Assembly (NCBI GenBank): GCA_964458665.1
Contig: CAYWOO010000192.1
Location: 6,984 to 70,983 of the forward strand
From: an uncultured Dehalococcoidia bacterium
Lineage (GTDB): Bacteria > Chloroflexota > Dehalococcoidia > DSTF01 > JACRBR01
DNA length: 64,000 nucleotides
Direction: 5' to 3'
Shown: positions 1 to 9,499 of the stretch, one piece after another
Position numbering within the stretch: the stretch's first letter is position 1
How the letters are laid out: each line of letters begins with the position of its first letter
Notes under the pieces: model-generated
Told to the model about the DNA's origin: nothing
Seen by the model: the letters and a program-made list of their open reading frames with translations, nothing else
Database searches by the model: none
Program-made: the position numbers and the translations under genes

Positions 1-32
1 TGTATCAGCAACCAGGAACCGAGACGACACCT

Positions 33-1916
33 ATGGAACTGATTCGATTCCAAGACGTGGCCATGGACTACGGACACCGCGAGGTGCTCCTCGACGTCAG
101 CTTTCGCATCAATGCGGGTGAGAAGGTCGGCCTCATCGGTCCGAACGGCGCGGGCAAGACATCGATCGCGCGGCTCATCGCCGGTGACGAGCCGATCGCG
201 GGCGGCGCGATCACGAGAGCTGCCGGACTGCGCGTCGGCTTCGTCCGCCAGCAGGTCGATCACGACGAGCGCGCGACGGTGATCGAGAGCGTGCTCGCGG
301 AACAGAGGCGTGCACTCGCCGCGCTGCGCGTGCACGAAGATCTCCTCGCGAACGCCACGGCCGACGATATGCAGAGCGCGTTGGACGCGTACGAAGCCGC
401 GTGCGAGGCGTTCGAACGCACTGGCAGCGACGCGCTACACGCCCGCGCGGTCGCTATGCTCGATGCGCTCGGGCTGGCCGGACGCGGCGATCAGCGAGTA
501 GGAGCGCTGTCCGGCGGCGAGAAGAACGTGCTTTCGCTGACCCAGGCGCTACTGGCGGAGCCGGACCTTCTGGTGCTCGACGAGCCAGGCAACCATCTGG
601 ACTTCGCGGGCATCGCATGGCTCGAGGGCTTCCTCAAGCGCTTCCGCGGCGCTGTGCTGCTGATCTCGCACAACCGCTACCTGCTCGACCGCGTCGTCAC
701 AAGCATTGTCCATCTGGCGGACGGTCGCGCTGATTCGTACGCCGGCAACTACTCCGCATATCGTGCGACATCGCTGCGAGCCAAGCTGGCGCAGCGCGCC
801 GACTACGTCGCCGACCAGAAGCGCCTGGTGCAGCTCGAAGAGCTGGTGAAGCGGTTCGAAGAGATTGCGCGCCGCACCGCCGACCCGTCCTGGGGCAAGC
901 GGCTACGCGCCCGCAAGTCGCAACTGAACCGCGCGCGTGAGGACGCAACGGAGAAGCCGGCTGCCGAGGCATCGAAGATCCGCATGAACTTCAGCGCCGA
1001 GGCAAGCCGCGCCGACATCGCGCTCCAGGTGCGCGGCTACAGCAAAGCATTCGGCGAACGCCAACTGTTCGACGGGGCCGAACTGGAGATCTCCTGTGGC
1101 GAGCGTGTGGCGCTGCTGGGGCCGAATGGCTGCGGCAAGACGACGTTGCTGCGCGAGATCATCGCGGACGGCGCGTGGGACCACGAAGTGCTGCGTATCG
1201 GTCCCAGCCTGCGCGTCGGGTACTGCGCGCAGGAGCAAGAAGTGCTCGACAACGAACGCACCGTCCTTGGTCAGATGGTCGCCGACGGTGTGAACAGCCG
1301 CGACCGTGCGTTCACCTTGCTGCGGCAATTCCTCTTCGTCCGGGACGATCTGGACAAACGCGTGGGCGATCTCTCCGGCGGCGAGAGGAACCGGCTGCAA
1401 CTGGCGCGCCTCATCGCCCAGCAGCCGGACTTCCTCATCCTCGACGAGCCGACGAATCATCTGGACATTCCGGCATGCGAGGCGATCGAGGAGGCGTTGA
1501 CGGAGTTCAAGGGCACGATCCTCGCCGTGTCGCACGACCGCTACTTCCTGGACAAGATCGCCGGCCGGGTCGTCGAGGTGCGCGACGGGAAGTTCGAGTC
1601 GTACTCCGGCAACTTCTCCGAATACTGGGCCGAGCATCACGAACAGCCCGCCGTCAGCACAGGCCGCATCGCCACGCGCCGTCTCGAGCGCGAGCGCGCA
1701 CCGCAACCCTCGAAACGCGCGACATCCGCGCGAGCCAGCGCGCTGCAGGCACGCATCGAAGAAGCGGAGCGCGAGCGCGGCGCGCTGGAGAAGCGCGTGT
1801 CGGATGCCTTCACGCGCGGCGATCATCGCGAAGGCACGCGCGCGGCGACGCTGTTGGAGCAGCACCGCGCGCGGCTCGACGAGCTGTACACGCGCTGGCT
1901 CGCGGAAGAATCCTAG
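33..1916 (+). CDS. ABC-F family ATPase (tandem ABC domains, no membrane domain)
   Basis: 627 aa ORF. Two Walker A motifs (GPNGAGKTS, GPNGCGKTT) and two LSGGE signatures. Charged inter-domain linker and Arg/Glu-rich C-terminal tail typical of ABC-F proteins. Confidence 0.9.
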   Translation: MELIRFQDVAMDYGHREVLLDVSFRINAGEKVGLIGPNGAGKTSIARLIAGDEPIAGGAITRAAGLRVGFVRQQVDHDERATVIESVLAEQRRALAALRVHEDLLANATADDMQSALDAYEAACEAFERTGSDALHARAVAMLDALGLAGRGDQRVGALSGGEKNVLSLTQALLAEPDLLVLDEPGNHLDFAGIAWLEGFLKRFRGAVLLISHNRYLLDRVVTSIVHLADGRADSYAGNYSAYRATSLRAKLAQRADYVADQKRLVQLEELVKRFEEIARRTADPSWGKRLRARKSQLNRAREDATEKPAAEASKIRMNFSAEASRADIALQVRGYSKAFGERQLFDGAELEISCGERVALLGPNGCGKTTLLREIIADGAWDHEVLRIGPSLRVGYCAQEQEVLDNERTVLGQMVADGVNSRDRAFTLLRQFLFVRDDLDKRVGDLSGGERNRLQLARLIAQQPDFLILDEPTNHLDIPACEAIEEALTEFKGTILAVSHDRYFLDKIAGRVVEVRDGKFESYSGNFSEYWAEHHEQPAVSTGRIATRRLERERAPQPSKRATSARASALQARIEEAERERGALEKRVSDAFTRGDHREGTRAATLLEQHRARLDELYTRWLAEES

Positions 1917-2476
1917 TTGAGGTTGTTGATCGCGACGAACGCAGCCGGCGTCATCCGTTGCAGCACCATGTACGAGCCCGTCGGTGGCTTGATCTCCAGA
2001 GTAAAGACCTGATTTGTTCCGACGGTCACGCCCGCCGCGGCAATATCGATGCTGATGCGGATGAGTTCGCCCGGTTCCAGCAGCGTGTTCGCGTTTCCGG
2101 TTATCGGCGTTGCGGTGTACGCCAGGTTGTTGATCACCGTCGCGCTGTCGATGTACGTGATCACCGTGCGGTTCGTCGCGGCGGTCGGGTCCAGATTGAC
2201 AGAGTCGCCGCCCGCGGCAAGCGTCATATCGAAATCGAGCGTCGTGACGCTGGTGCCGTTCGACGCCGCGATGACGCTGCTCGAAAGTTCCATTGTGCCG
2301 CGCGTCTTGGCGAGGCCCGCGTACACGGCCTCCTTGCCCCGCTCAGAGCTGAACAAGCCCGTGCTGAGGACAACAAACGCAAATACGGCGGCGACGACCA
2401 CGAACGCGATGAGGATGATCGCGGTCTCGAGGCCCGTGATGCCGCGTTCGTCACCCAGAGCGCGAAGCCGCCTCAT
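1913..2476 (-). CDS. Archaellin / archaeal-type pilin-like protein with class III signal peptide
   Basis: Track ORF 1913..2557 trimmed to the ATG at 2476. The N-terminus MRRLRALGDERG-ITGLETAIILIAFVVVAAVFAFVV has the pattern of archaeal flagellin N-terminal domains (compare Sulfolobus-type GLAGLDTAIILIAF). The remainder is Ser/Thr/Asn/Ala-rich and looks beta-rich. Its stop codon shares the palindrome CTAG (1913..1916) with the stop of the convergent ABC-F gene. Confidence 0.7.
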   Translation of the reverse strand: MRRLRALGDERGITGLETAIILIAFVVVAAVFAFVVLSTGLFSSERGKEAVYAGLAKTRGTMELSSSVIAASNGTSVTTLDFDMTLAAGGDSVNLDPTAATNRTVITYIDSATVINNLAYTATPITGNANTLLEPGELIRISIDIAAAGVTVGTNQVFTLEIKPPTGSYMVLQRMTPAAFVAINNLN

Positions 2477-2665
2477 GGCCGTTCGGAGCTTGCACACTGC
2501 GCCCACCTCCAACCTCGGTCGGGTCCAAATCGCCGGCAGACCGGAACATGCCCCCAACCGGAGGCGTCCACCCCTAGGTGGATTCCCTAAGAATGTTCGG
2601 CCGCATTGTCGGCGCCTTTAGGCCTGGATGAACCGATAGATTCAGAATGCGATACGACGACACGT

Positions 2666-2695
2666 TTGACACACTCGAAGGACGCTCGATAGACT
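2666..2695 (+). promoter_or_regulatory. Candidate sigma-70-type promoter for rplU-rpmA
   Basis: TTGACA at 2666..2671, an 18-nt spacer, then TAGACT at 2690..2695. It lies about 50 nt upstream of the rplU start. Confidence 0.35.
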
Positions 2696-2706
2696 GGTGA
2701 GCGATG

Positions 2707-2735
2707 CCTGCCGCACGGCGGGTATTCTGTTGTTT
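2707..2735 (+). promoter_or_regulatory. rplU leader hairpin followed by a U-rich tract (attenuator-like)
   Basis: CCTGCC-GCAC-GGCGGG stem-loop at 2707..2722, followed by TATTCTGTTGTTT. It ends immediately before the GGAGG Shine-Dalgarno at 2736..2740. Confidence 0.3.
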
Positions 2736-2745
2736 GGAGGATGCC

Positions 2746-3315
2746 GTGTTCGCGGTCGTACGCACCGGTGGCAAGCAGTATCGCGTCCAGGAAGGCCGTC
2801 CCGTCACCATCGAGCGTTTGCCGGGCGAGGCCGGGCAGAGCATCGAGTTGAATGAGGTGCTGCTCCTGGCGGACGGCGAGGACATCACCGTCGGCGCGCC
2901 AACGGTAGAAGGCGCGCGCGTACTCGGCACGATTCGCGAGCAAGGCCGCGCGAAGAAGATTCTGGTCTTCCGCTACAAGAACAAGACGCGCGCCCGCAAG
3001 AAGAACGGCCACCGTCAGCAGTTCACCACCCTGATGGTCGACGATGTGCTTGGCCCCGGCCAGCAGCCGAAGCCGAAGGCGGAGGTTGCGGCTCCCGCTG
3101 AAGAAGCGGTCGAGGCAGCGCCAACGCGCCGCCGCGGACGCAGGATCTCCGAGCCCGCGCCGGCGGCGGAACTGGCGACAAGCGACGCGGTAGACGTGAC
3201 CGAAGCATCCGACGTGACCGAAGCGCCGGATGTGACCGAGCCGAACGACGTGACCGAAACGACCGACTCCGCGCCGGCGGCAAAGCCGAAGCGGACGCGC
3301 AGGAAGGCGGAGTAG
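2746..3315 (+). CDS. rplU: 50S ribosomal protein L21 with a long acidic/Ala-Pro-rich C-terminal extension
   Basis: GTG at 2746 lies 5 nt after GGAGG. FAVVRTGGKQYRVQEG...KILVFRYKNKTRARKKNGHRQQFT is the canonical L21 core (about 100 aa). It is followed by an extra tail of about 85 aa. Confidence 0.9.
   Translation: MFAVVRTGGKQYRVQEGRPVTIERLPGEAGQSIELNEVLLLADGEDITVGAPTVEGARVLGTIREQGRAKKILVFRYKNKTRARKKNGHRQQFTTLMVDDVLGPGQQPKPKAEVAAPAEEAVEAAPTRRRGRRISEPAPAAELATSDAVDVTEASDVTEAPDVTEPNDVTETTDSAPAAKPKRTRRKAE
3193..3264 (+). repeat. 4 x 18-bp in-frame tandem repeat inside the rplU tail
   Basis: The units are gacgtgaccgaagcatcc, gacgtgaccgaagcgccg, gatgtgaccgagccgaac and gacgtgaccgaaacgacc. Together they encode (DVTExx)x4. 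Confidence 0.9.
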
Positions 3316-3321
3316 GACCCT

Positions 3322-3603
3322 ATGGCACACAAGAAAGGCGTCGGCAGCTCGCGCAATGGCCGCGACAGCAATTCGCAGCGGCTCGGCGTGAAGCGCTCGG
3401 ATGGCCAGGCAGTGCTCGCCGGTACGATCATCATGCGGCAGCGGGGTACGCGCTTCCACGCCGGACGTAATGTCGGCGTCGGCCGCGACCACACGCTGTT
3501 CGCGCTCAGCGATGGCGCTGTGAAGTTCGAGTGGTACGCCAAGGGCCGGCGCAAGAAAGTCAGCGTCTACGCCATCGAGCCGGAGGTGGCAGCCGCGAGC
3601 TAG
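3322..3603 (+). CDS. rpmA: 50S ribosomal protein L27
   Basis: [24 protein letters not shown]... is the canonical L27 N-terminus. It lies directly downstream of rplU. Confidence 0.95.
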   Translation: MAHKKGVGSSRNGRDSNSQRLGVKRSDGQAVLAGTIIMRQRGTRFHAGRNVGVGRDHTLFALSDGAVKFEWYAKGRRKKVSVYAIEPEVAAAS

Positions 3604-3650
3604 TTGAGCGGGTCCGTCCATCGTCAGAACAGAGCCACCGAGAGAGTCAG

Positions 3651-3875
3651 ATGAAGCCCAAGATTCACCCCAACTACACCGAAGCCATCGTCCACTGCGC
3701 CTGCGGTAACCGCTGGGATACCCGCGCCACGAAGCCCGACCTGCACGTCGATATCTGTAGCGCTTGCCACCCGTTCTTCACCGGACAGCAACGGATCGTT
3801 GACACCGCCGGCCGCGTCGAGCGCTTCACGAAGCGCCTCGAAAAGTCCGCCGCTGTGAAGGCGAAGACGAAGTAA
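3651..3875 (+). CDS. rpmE: 50S ribosomal protein L31 (Cys-containing, Zn-type)
   Basis: MKPKIHPNY...CACG...[10 protein letters not shown]. The track ORF was trimmed to the ATG at 3651. Confidence 0.9.
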   Translation: MKPKIHPNYTEAIVHCACGNRWDTRATKPDLHVDICSACHPFFTGQQRIVDTAGRVERFTKRLEKSAAVKAKTK

Positions 3876-3950
3876 GCAGCTCGTAGTTGTCGTTCAGCAC
3901 GCGTCCGCCTCCAGCGGGCGCGTTTGGCATGGTCCTCCTTCACCCACCGA

Positions 3951-3982
3951 AAATGGAGCGCGGGCGTCCCGCCCGTCCCTCC
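3951..3982. repeat. Hairpin repeat family E (AATGGAGCGCGGGCGyCCCGCCCGT)
   Basis: The same element recurs at 8001..8031 and 63380..63413. It occurs in reverse orientation at 56310..56340 and 58754..58782. Confidence 0.85.
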
Positions 3983-4014
3983 GCGTCCTCCAACACCGCA
4001 CCTATACTGCGCCC

Positions 4015-5598
4015 ATGACCGACCTCATCCTTCGCAACGCGCAGATCTGGACCGGCGACGCCACCGCGCCGTATGCCGATACCGCGATCGTCCGTGACGG
4101 GCGTTTCGTCTTCGTCGGACGCTCGCAGGATGCGGCGGCTCCGTCCGACGTGGACGTGTTCGACGCGGGCGGACGACTCGTTCTGCCCGGCTTCACCGAT
4201 AGCCACGCGCACCTGCTCGGCACTGGCCTCGCGATGCAGTCGGTCGATCTGAAAGGCGTGCCGAGCGTGGCCGAGGCGCTACAGCGGGTCGCCGAGCGCG
4301 TCGCTGTATCGCCGGAAGGCGCCTGGGTGCGCGGCGCGGGTTGGGACCAGCACGACTGGCCGGGCGCGCGCTTCCCGCATCGGCGCGAACTCGACACCAT
4401 CGCGCCGGAGCATCCGGTCGTGCTTACGCACACCTCCGGCCACTGCGTCTGGGTGAACAGCGCGGCGCTCCGCGCCGCCGCCATTACCGCAGCGACCATC
4501 GCGCCGACGGGCGGAGCGATTGACATTGGCGACGACGGCGCGCCCACGGGCATCCTGCGCGACAACGCGTCGCGCCTCATCAGCGATGTCGCGCCGAAGC
4601 TGGCACGGAACGAGCGCATCACCACGATGGAGCAGGCGATCGCACACGCGCACAGCCTCGGTGTAACCGGCGCGCACGCGATGGATGTCGGGCGCGGCGA
4701 ACTGCAGGCATTGCACGCGCTCAACGACTCCGGACGGCTGCGATTGCGCGTACGGCCCTTCATGTCGGCTGGCGCGCTGGACGAGTGGTTCGACCGCAAC
4801 CTGGCTACGGGCGACGGCGGCGATATGCTGCGCATCGGCGGCGTGAAGTTCTTCGCCGACGGCGCGCTCGGCTCCATGACGTCATGGATGCTCGAACCGT
4901 GCGAGGGCAGCGATGACACCGGCCTGGCACTCCAGCCGGCCGGCGAACTGGAGCGCGACGTGCGCCGCTGTCTCGAACACGGCCTGGCGACCGCCATCCA
5001 CGCAATCGGCGACCGCGCGAACCGCGAAGTGCTCGACATCATCGCCCGGACGCAGAACGTCGCCCCGGATCTGCCGCGACGCATCGAGCACGCGCAACTG
5101 CTGGCGGCGCCCGACATCGCACGCTTCGCCTACTACGGCGTGACGGCATCGGTGCAGCCGATCCACGCGACGCAGGATATGGCGAAGGTCGATCGGGCAT
5201 GGGGCGCCCGCGGCGTCGGCGCCTACGCGTTCGCGTCGCTGCGCAGCCTGGGCGTCAATCTCGCATTCGGGTCCGATACGCCCGTCGAGACGATGGATCC
5301 GCTCGCCGGCGTACAGGCCGCCGTCACGCGCCGCAACGCCGCGGGCGAGCCGCCCGGCGGCTGGTATCCGCAACAGCGACTGACTGCCATGGAAGCCATC
5401 GCGGCGTACACAACGGGTGCAGCCGAGGCCGTGCGCGAGAGCGCGACCCTCGGCCGGATCGCGCCCGGCTACCACGCGGACTTCGTCCTGCTTTCCGAAA
5501 ACATCCTCACGGCCGCCGATCCGATGCGCATCGCGGATGCGCGCGTCGAAGCAACGGTGGTCGGCGGCGAAATCGTCTATCGGCGATCTGCCGTGTGA
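4015..5598 (+). CDS. Amidohydrolase-family metal-dependent hydrolase (YtcJ-like)
   Basis: 527 aa. N-terminus LILRNAQIWTGD...LPGFTDSHAHL carries the HxH metal motif. The C-terminal GSDTPVE and ADFVLL motifs are typical of Amidohydro_3 proteins. Confidence 0.8.
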   Translation: MTDLILRNAQIWTGDATAPYADTAIVRDGRFVFVGRSQDAAAPSDVDVFDAGGRLVLPGFTDSHAHLLGTGLAMQSVDLKGVPSVAEALQRVAERVAVSPEGAWVRGAGWDQHDWPGARFPHRRELDTIAPEHPVVLTHTSGHCVWVNSAALRAAAITAATIAPTGGAIDIGDDGAPTGILRDNASRLISDVAPKLARNERITTMEQAIAHAHSLGVTGAHAMDVGRGELQALHALNDSGRLRLRVRPFMSAGALDEWFDRNLATGDGGDMLRIGGVKFFADGALGSMTSWMLEPCEGSDDTGLALQPAGELERDVRRCLEHGLATAIHAIGDRANREVLDIIARTQNVAPDLPRRIEHAQLLAAPDIARFAYYGVTASVQPIHATQDMAKVDRAWGARGVGAYAFASLRSLGVNLAFGSDTPVETMDPLAGVQAAVTRRNAAGEPPGGWYPQQRLTAMEAIAAYTTGAAEAVRESATLGRIAPGYHADFVLLSENILTAADPMRIADARVEATVVGGEIVYRRSAV

Positions 5599-5656
5599 CT
5601 ACGGGCCATCCGGCCCCTGCGACACCGCCACGTCTTTCGAGTAACCTGACACTGGC

Positions 5657-6910
5657 ATGAGCAAGACATGGATCGTCGCCGCGCTCACCATTGCACTCGC
5701 CTTGACGGCGTGTGACAGCCGTATCAAGAGTTCATCGGTCAACACGCCCGCAGCCGGTTCGAGTGCTACCGCCGCCGCGCCACCCGCTCCGACGCCCGTT
5801 CCGGTTTCCGTGCCGCCCAAGCCCGCATCGTTCTCCGACTACGCGCCCGTGATCGCCGCGTACCTCACGGCGGATCCCGCGGCGGCTGGTGATACGTGCC
5901 TCGCCGACCTCATCGCGGCGTGGAAGATGCCACTCGTGATAGCCGCAGCTGGCTGCATCGCCGCGAACACGGACGAAGACCTCGAGAGCGAGGTCGTTGC
6001 CGTGCTGACGACGAAGCTCACGACGCCCAGCGCAACCACGGACACACAGTTCACGATCGTTGTGTTCGGTCCTTCGCCCAACGGCTTCAAAGTAGCCTAC
6101 GAGTCCGGCCCGAACGACGTCGTCCCGCCCGGCACGACGCAGCCGATCAAGCCGCTGCTGGCCGCCGGCGATCTGAACAAGGACGGTGGCGGCGAACTGG
6201 CATTCCTCACGGCGAGCTGCGGCGCGAGTACGTGCATCCAGACGGTGCATATCCTCAAGGGTACGGCCGCGGGCTACGTGTCGATTGCCCCGCCTGACGG
6301 GATCTCGATGCCGTTCGCCGACGCGAAGTTCGAAGACGTGGAGGACGACGGTGCGAAGGAGCTGCTGCTCCACGGCGGCGCGCAGGGCAGCGCCGGCGCC
6401 GGGCCGCAGCGCACGCGCACGGAGACGTGGGCATGGAACGGAGCCGCGTACGCGCTCCGATCGACACAGCAGGACAAGGCAACGTATCTCTATCACGCGG
6501 TGAAGGATGCCGACGCGCTGTTCACGGCCGCAAAGTACGGCGACGCCGAAGCGGCGTACGCGGCGGTCGTCGGCGATTCGTCGCTGCTGGCGTGGATGGA
6601 GGAAAAGCACGAGCGTAACGAGCTGCAGTCGTACTCCTTGTTCCGCGCCGGCCTCGCCTTGCTGCTGGCGGGCGGCGACACCGCGAAGGCGAACGCCTAC
6701 TTCGATCGCGCACGTTCCTACCAGCCGCAGACACTGCACGACCAGCTCGCTGGCTCGTTCAAGGCGGGATACGCGGCGAAGGGCAGCGTCAGCGTCGGCT
6801 GCGCGGCCGTGCGCGACGATATCGCCGCGAATCTCGCGGAATACCAGGCGTTTTGGGACTTCGGCTACGCAAATCCGCCGTTCGACGCCGACACGATCTG
6901 CCCCTTCTGA
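5657..6910 (+). CDS. Putative lipoprotein with FG-GAP-like Ca-binding segments
   Basis: Signal peptide with lipobox LALTAC, then an Ala/Pro-rich linker. Contains AAGDLNKDGGGELAF and FEDVEDDGAKELLLHGG segments. The C-terminus is helical and TPR-like. Confidence 0.6.
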   Translation: MSKTWIVAALTIALALTACDSRIKSSSVNTPAAGSSATAAAPPAPTPVPVSVPPKPASFSDYAPVIAAYLTADPAAAGDTCLADLIAAWKMPLVIAAAGCIAANTDEDLESEVVAVLTTKLTTPSATTDTQFTIVVFGPSPNGFKVAYESGPNDVVPPGTTQPIKPLLAAGDLNKDGGGELAFLTASCGASTCIQTVHILKGTAAGYVSIAPPDGISMPFADAKFEDVEDDGAKELLLHGGAQGSAGAGPQRTRTETWAWNGAAYALRSTQQDKATYLYHAVKDADALFTAAKYGDAEAAYAAVVGDSSLLAWMEEKHERNELQSYSLFRAGLALLLAGGDTAKANAYFDRARSYQPQTLHDQLAGSFKAGYAAKGSVSVGCAAVRDDIAANLAEYQAFWDFGYANPPFDADTICPF

Positions 6911-6946
6911 CTTGACGCGCCCTGGCGACACAACGATGCTGCCCGC

Positions 6947-7861
6947 ATGAGCGTGAAGCCCGACGCCGCGTCGAATCTCTACTACGGCGGCCAGGCCGTG
7001 ATGGAAGGCGTGATGATTCGCGGCCCGCGCCACATGGCGATCGCCGTGCGCGCGCCCGATGGCACGATCGTCCGCCGCGGCGAAGCACTGAACGGCGTCT
7101 ACACCGGCTGGCCGCGACGCATCCCGATCCTCCGGGGCATGGTGGTGCTGTACGAGACGCTCGCGCTCGGCGTCCGCGCATTGACGTGGTCGTCGCAGGT
7201 CGCGCTCGGACAGGAGGAGGAGGACGTCGGCTCCACGCAGCTCGCAGTGACGCTCGGCGTCATGTTGCTGCTCGTCGCCGTGATCTTCTTCGCCGGGCCG
7301 GTGCTGCTCACGAGCTGGCTCGGCCGCGTCCTCGGCAACGACTATGGCGAGGTGATCGCCGAAGGCCTGCTGCGACTCGCGATGCTCGTCGGATACATCT
7401 GGCTGATCGGCCGCATGCGGGACATACAGCGCGTCTTCGCCTATCACGGCGCCGAGCATCGCACGATCCATGCGTACGAGCACCGGCGCGCGCTGACGGC
7501 AGCGAACATCCGCGAGTATCCGAACGCGCATCCGCGCTGCGGCACGGCGTTTCTGCTCACCGTCATGGTGATCTCGCTCGTCGCGTTCGTGCTGCTCGGC
7601 ACGCCGCCGATCTGGCTGCGTATCGTCGAGCGCATCGTGCTGATCCCGGTCATCGCCGCGCTGGCGTACGAGGTGCTGCGGCTGGCCCAGCGCTTCGAAA
7701 GGAACGCCGCGTTCTCGCTCCTCTACCGCCCCAACATCTGGCTGCAATCGTTAACGACGCGCGATCCCGACGACGCGCAGATCGAGGTCGCCGTCGCGGC
7801 GCTCGAGCACGTCATCGCGCTGGAGTCGGGGTCGGCAGTGGGTCGCGATGCTGCGGGGTGA
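6947..7861 (+). CDS. DUF1385-family membrane protein (YqhQ-like)
   Basis: YYGGQAVMEGVMIRGP... near the N-terminus, GAEH and HPRCGT motifs, and several TM helices. Confidence 0.75.
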   Translation: MSVKPDAASNLYYGGQAVMEGVMIRGPRHMAIAVRAPDGTIVRRGEALNGVYTGWPRRIPILRGMVVLYETLALGVRALTWSSQVALGQEEEDVGSTQLAVTLGVMLLLVAVIFFAGPVLLTSWLGRVLGNDYGEVIAEGLLRLAMLVGYIWLIGRMRDIQRVFAYHGAEHRTIHAYEHRRALTAANIREYPNAHPRCGTAFLLTVMVISLVAFVLLGTPPIWLRIVERIVLIPVIAALAYEVLRLAQRFERNAAFSLLYRPNIWLQSLTTRDPDDAQIEVAVAALEHVIALESGSAVGRDAAG

Positions 7862-7890
7862 GCACGATGCGAGGCGGCTGGCACAAAACG

Positions 7891-8149
7891 CGCACCTCAC
7901 CCCGGCCTTCGGCCACCCCTCTCCACGACGTGGAGAGGGGATCCACGCGGAGTGTGTCGCTCTAGTCGAACGTTCATTCCACAGAGAAACTGCGATCGGC
8001 GCATGGAGCGCAGGCGCCCCGCCCGTACCACACTCCGTTTCCGGAACTGCAGTTCTCGCCGCCGCCAAATCCACGACGGCACCAGACCAAGTGTCGAAAC
8101 GCTCCCTCTCCACAATGTGGAGAGGGGTGGCCAACGGCCGGGGTGAGGC
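7891..8149. repeat. Inverted pair of family A REP-like elements flanking a family E element
   Basis: Forward copy at 7891..7943: GCACCTCACCCCGGCCTTCGGCCACCCCTCTCCACGACGTGGAGAGGGG. Reverse copy at 8104..8149: CCCTCTCCACAATGTGGAGAGGGGTGGCCAACGGCCGGGGTGAGG. A family E element lies between them at 8001..8031. Confidence 0.85.
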
Positions 8150-8159
8150 TCGCCGAACG

Positions 8160-8483
8160 CTACGTCGACGCCAGCTCTTGCACATCATTGAAGAAGCACG
8201 CCTTCGCGCCGGTGTGGCAGACGGCGCCGCCGAGCATCTTCACGCGGATCAGCAGCGAGCGCTCTTCACAGTCAGCCTTGACCGAGCGCACCTCGAGGAA
8301 GTCGCCGCTCGTCGCGCCCTTGTGCCAGATCTCGTTCCGGCTCCGGCTCCAGAACACGACCTGGCCCTTCTCCTTCGTCATCTGTAGCGTCTCCGGGCTG
8401 ATGTAGCCCAGCATCAGCACGACGTTCGTCTCGTCGTCCTGGATCACGGCGGGGATCAGACCCTGTTGGTTGTAACTCAGCAC
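8160..8483 (-). CDS. hisI: Phosphoribosyl-AMP cyclohydrolase
   Basis: 107 aa: GLIPAVIQDDETNVVLMLGY...FWSRSRNEIWHKGATSG...CHTG. Confidence 0.9.
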   Translation of the reverse strand: MLSYNQQGLIPAVIQDDETNVVLMLGYISPETLQMTKEKGQVVFWSRSRNEIWHKGATSGDFLEVRSVKADCEERSLLIRVKMLGGAVCHTGAKACFFNDVQELAST

Positions 8484-8551
8484 GAATGCCTCCTCTGCCC
8501 ACGCCGTATTGGCGCGTGGCGTTCGAATCGCGGTGTCCTCGTGGGAACGTG

Positions 8552-9316
8552 TTACGGCGCGAGGCGGACGGCCACACCTTGCGCCGCCATATGCCGCTTC
8601 GCCTCGGCGATCGAATACTCGCCGAAGTGGAAGATGCTCGCCGCCAGCACGGCATCGGCCTTCCCCTGCACGACCGCATCGACCATGTGCTGCGGATTGC
8701 CGCAGCCGCCGCTGGCGACGACCGGGACCTCGACCGCTTCGCTGATCGCACGGGTCAGCGGAAGGTCATAGCCGTCCTTGTGACCGTCGGTGTCCATGCT
8801 CGTAACCAGCAGCTCGCCCGCGCCCAGCTCGACAGCCTGCTTCGCCCATGCGATCGCGTCGAGGCCCGTAGGCTTGCGGCCGCCGTGCGTATACACCTCC
8901 CAGCGCCCCTGCCCCACTGCCTTCGCATCGATCGCGACAACCATGCACTGCGCGCCGAATCGCTCCGAGCATACGCGCACGAGGCTGGGATCGGCGACGG
9001 CCGCGCTGTTCAGCGAAACCTTGTCGGCGCCCAGCTCCAGCAGCACGCGTACATCGAGATCGCTGCGGACGCCGCCGCCCACGGTGAACGGGATGAAGAC
9101 TTCATCTGCGGTCCGCGCGATCATGTCGTACGTCGTGCTCCGATTGTCGCTGGACGCCGTTATGTCGAGGAACACCAGTTCGTCAGCCCCCTGCGCGTCA
9201 TACAGCTTCGCCAGCTCGACGGGATCGCCCGCATCGCGCAGCTCGACGAACGAGATGCCCTTCACGACACGCCCATTATCGACATCGAAGCACGGAATGA
9301 TCCGCTTGGTCAGCAT
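8552..9316 (-). CDS. hisF: Imidazole glycerol phosphate synthase cyclase subunit
   Basis: 254 aa: [20 protein letters not shown]...[11 protein letters not shown]...VVASGG. Confidence 0.95.
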   Translation of the reverse strand: MLTKRIIPCFDVDNGRVVKGISFVELRDAGDPVELAKLYDAQGADELVFLDITASSDNRSTTYDMIARTADEVFIPFTVGGGVRSDLDVRVLLELGADKVSLNSAAVADPSLVRVCSERFGAQCMVVAIDAKAVGQGRWEVYTHGGRKPTGLDAIAWAKQAVELGAGELLVTSMDTDGHKDGYDLPLTRAISEAVEVPVVASGGCGNPQHMVDAVVQGKADAVLAASIFHFGEYSIAEAKRHMAAQGVAVRLAP

Positions 9317-9499
9317 GATGAAGTCATGGTAACAGGTCGGTCGTCGGTCGTCGGTCGTCGGAGGGTGTTATCGATTGTCATCCTGAGCGCGAAGCGAAGG
9401 ATCTTAGCTCGCCCAACGACCATGCCTCGCGCAGCACGCGAGAACCGCGAAACGCCCGCTGACTGGAAGGGCTAAGTGCTAACCGCTCACTGCTAACCA

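Noticed and set aside
5732-7747. Long antisense ORFs. Examples are 5732..7747 (671 aa), 903..1865, 18776..20491, 43011..44072, 48578..49684 and 56120..57685.
   Set aside because: They lie opposite well-supported genes. Their compositions are Arg/Ala/Gly/Asp-biased and low-complexity, as expected from the reverse complement of GC3-rich coding sequence. They carry no motifs.
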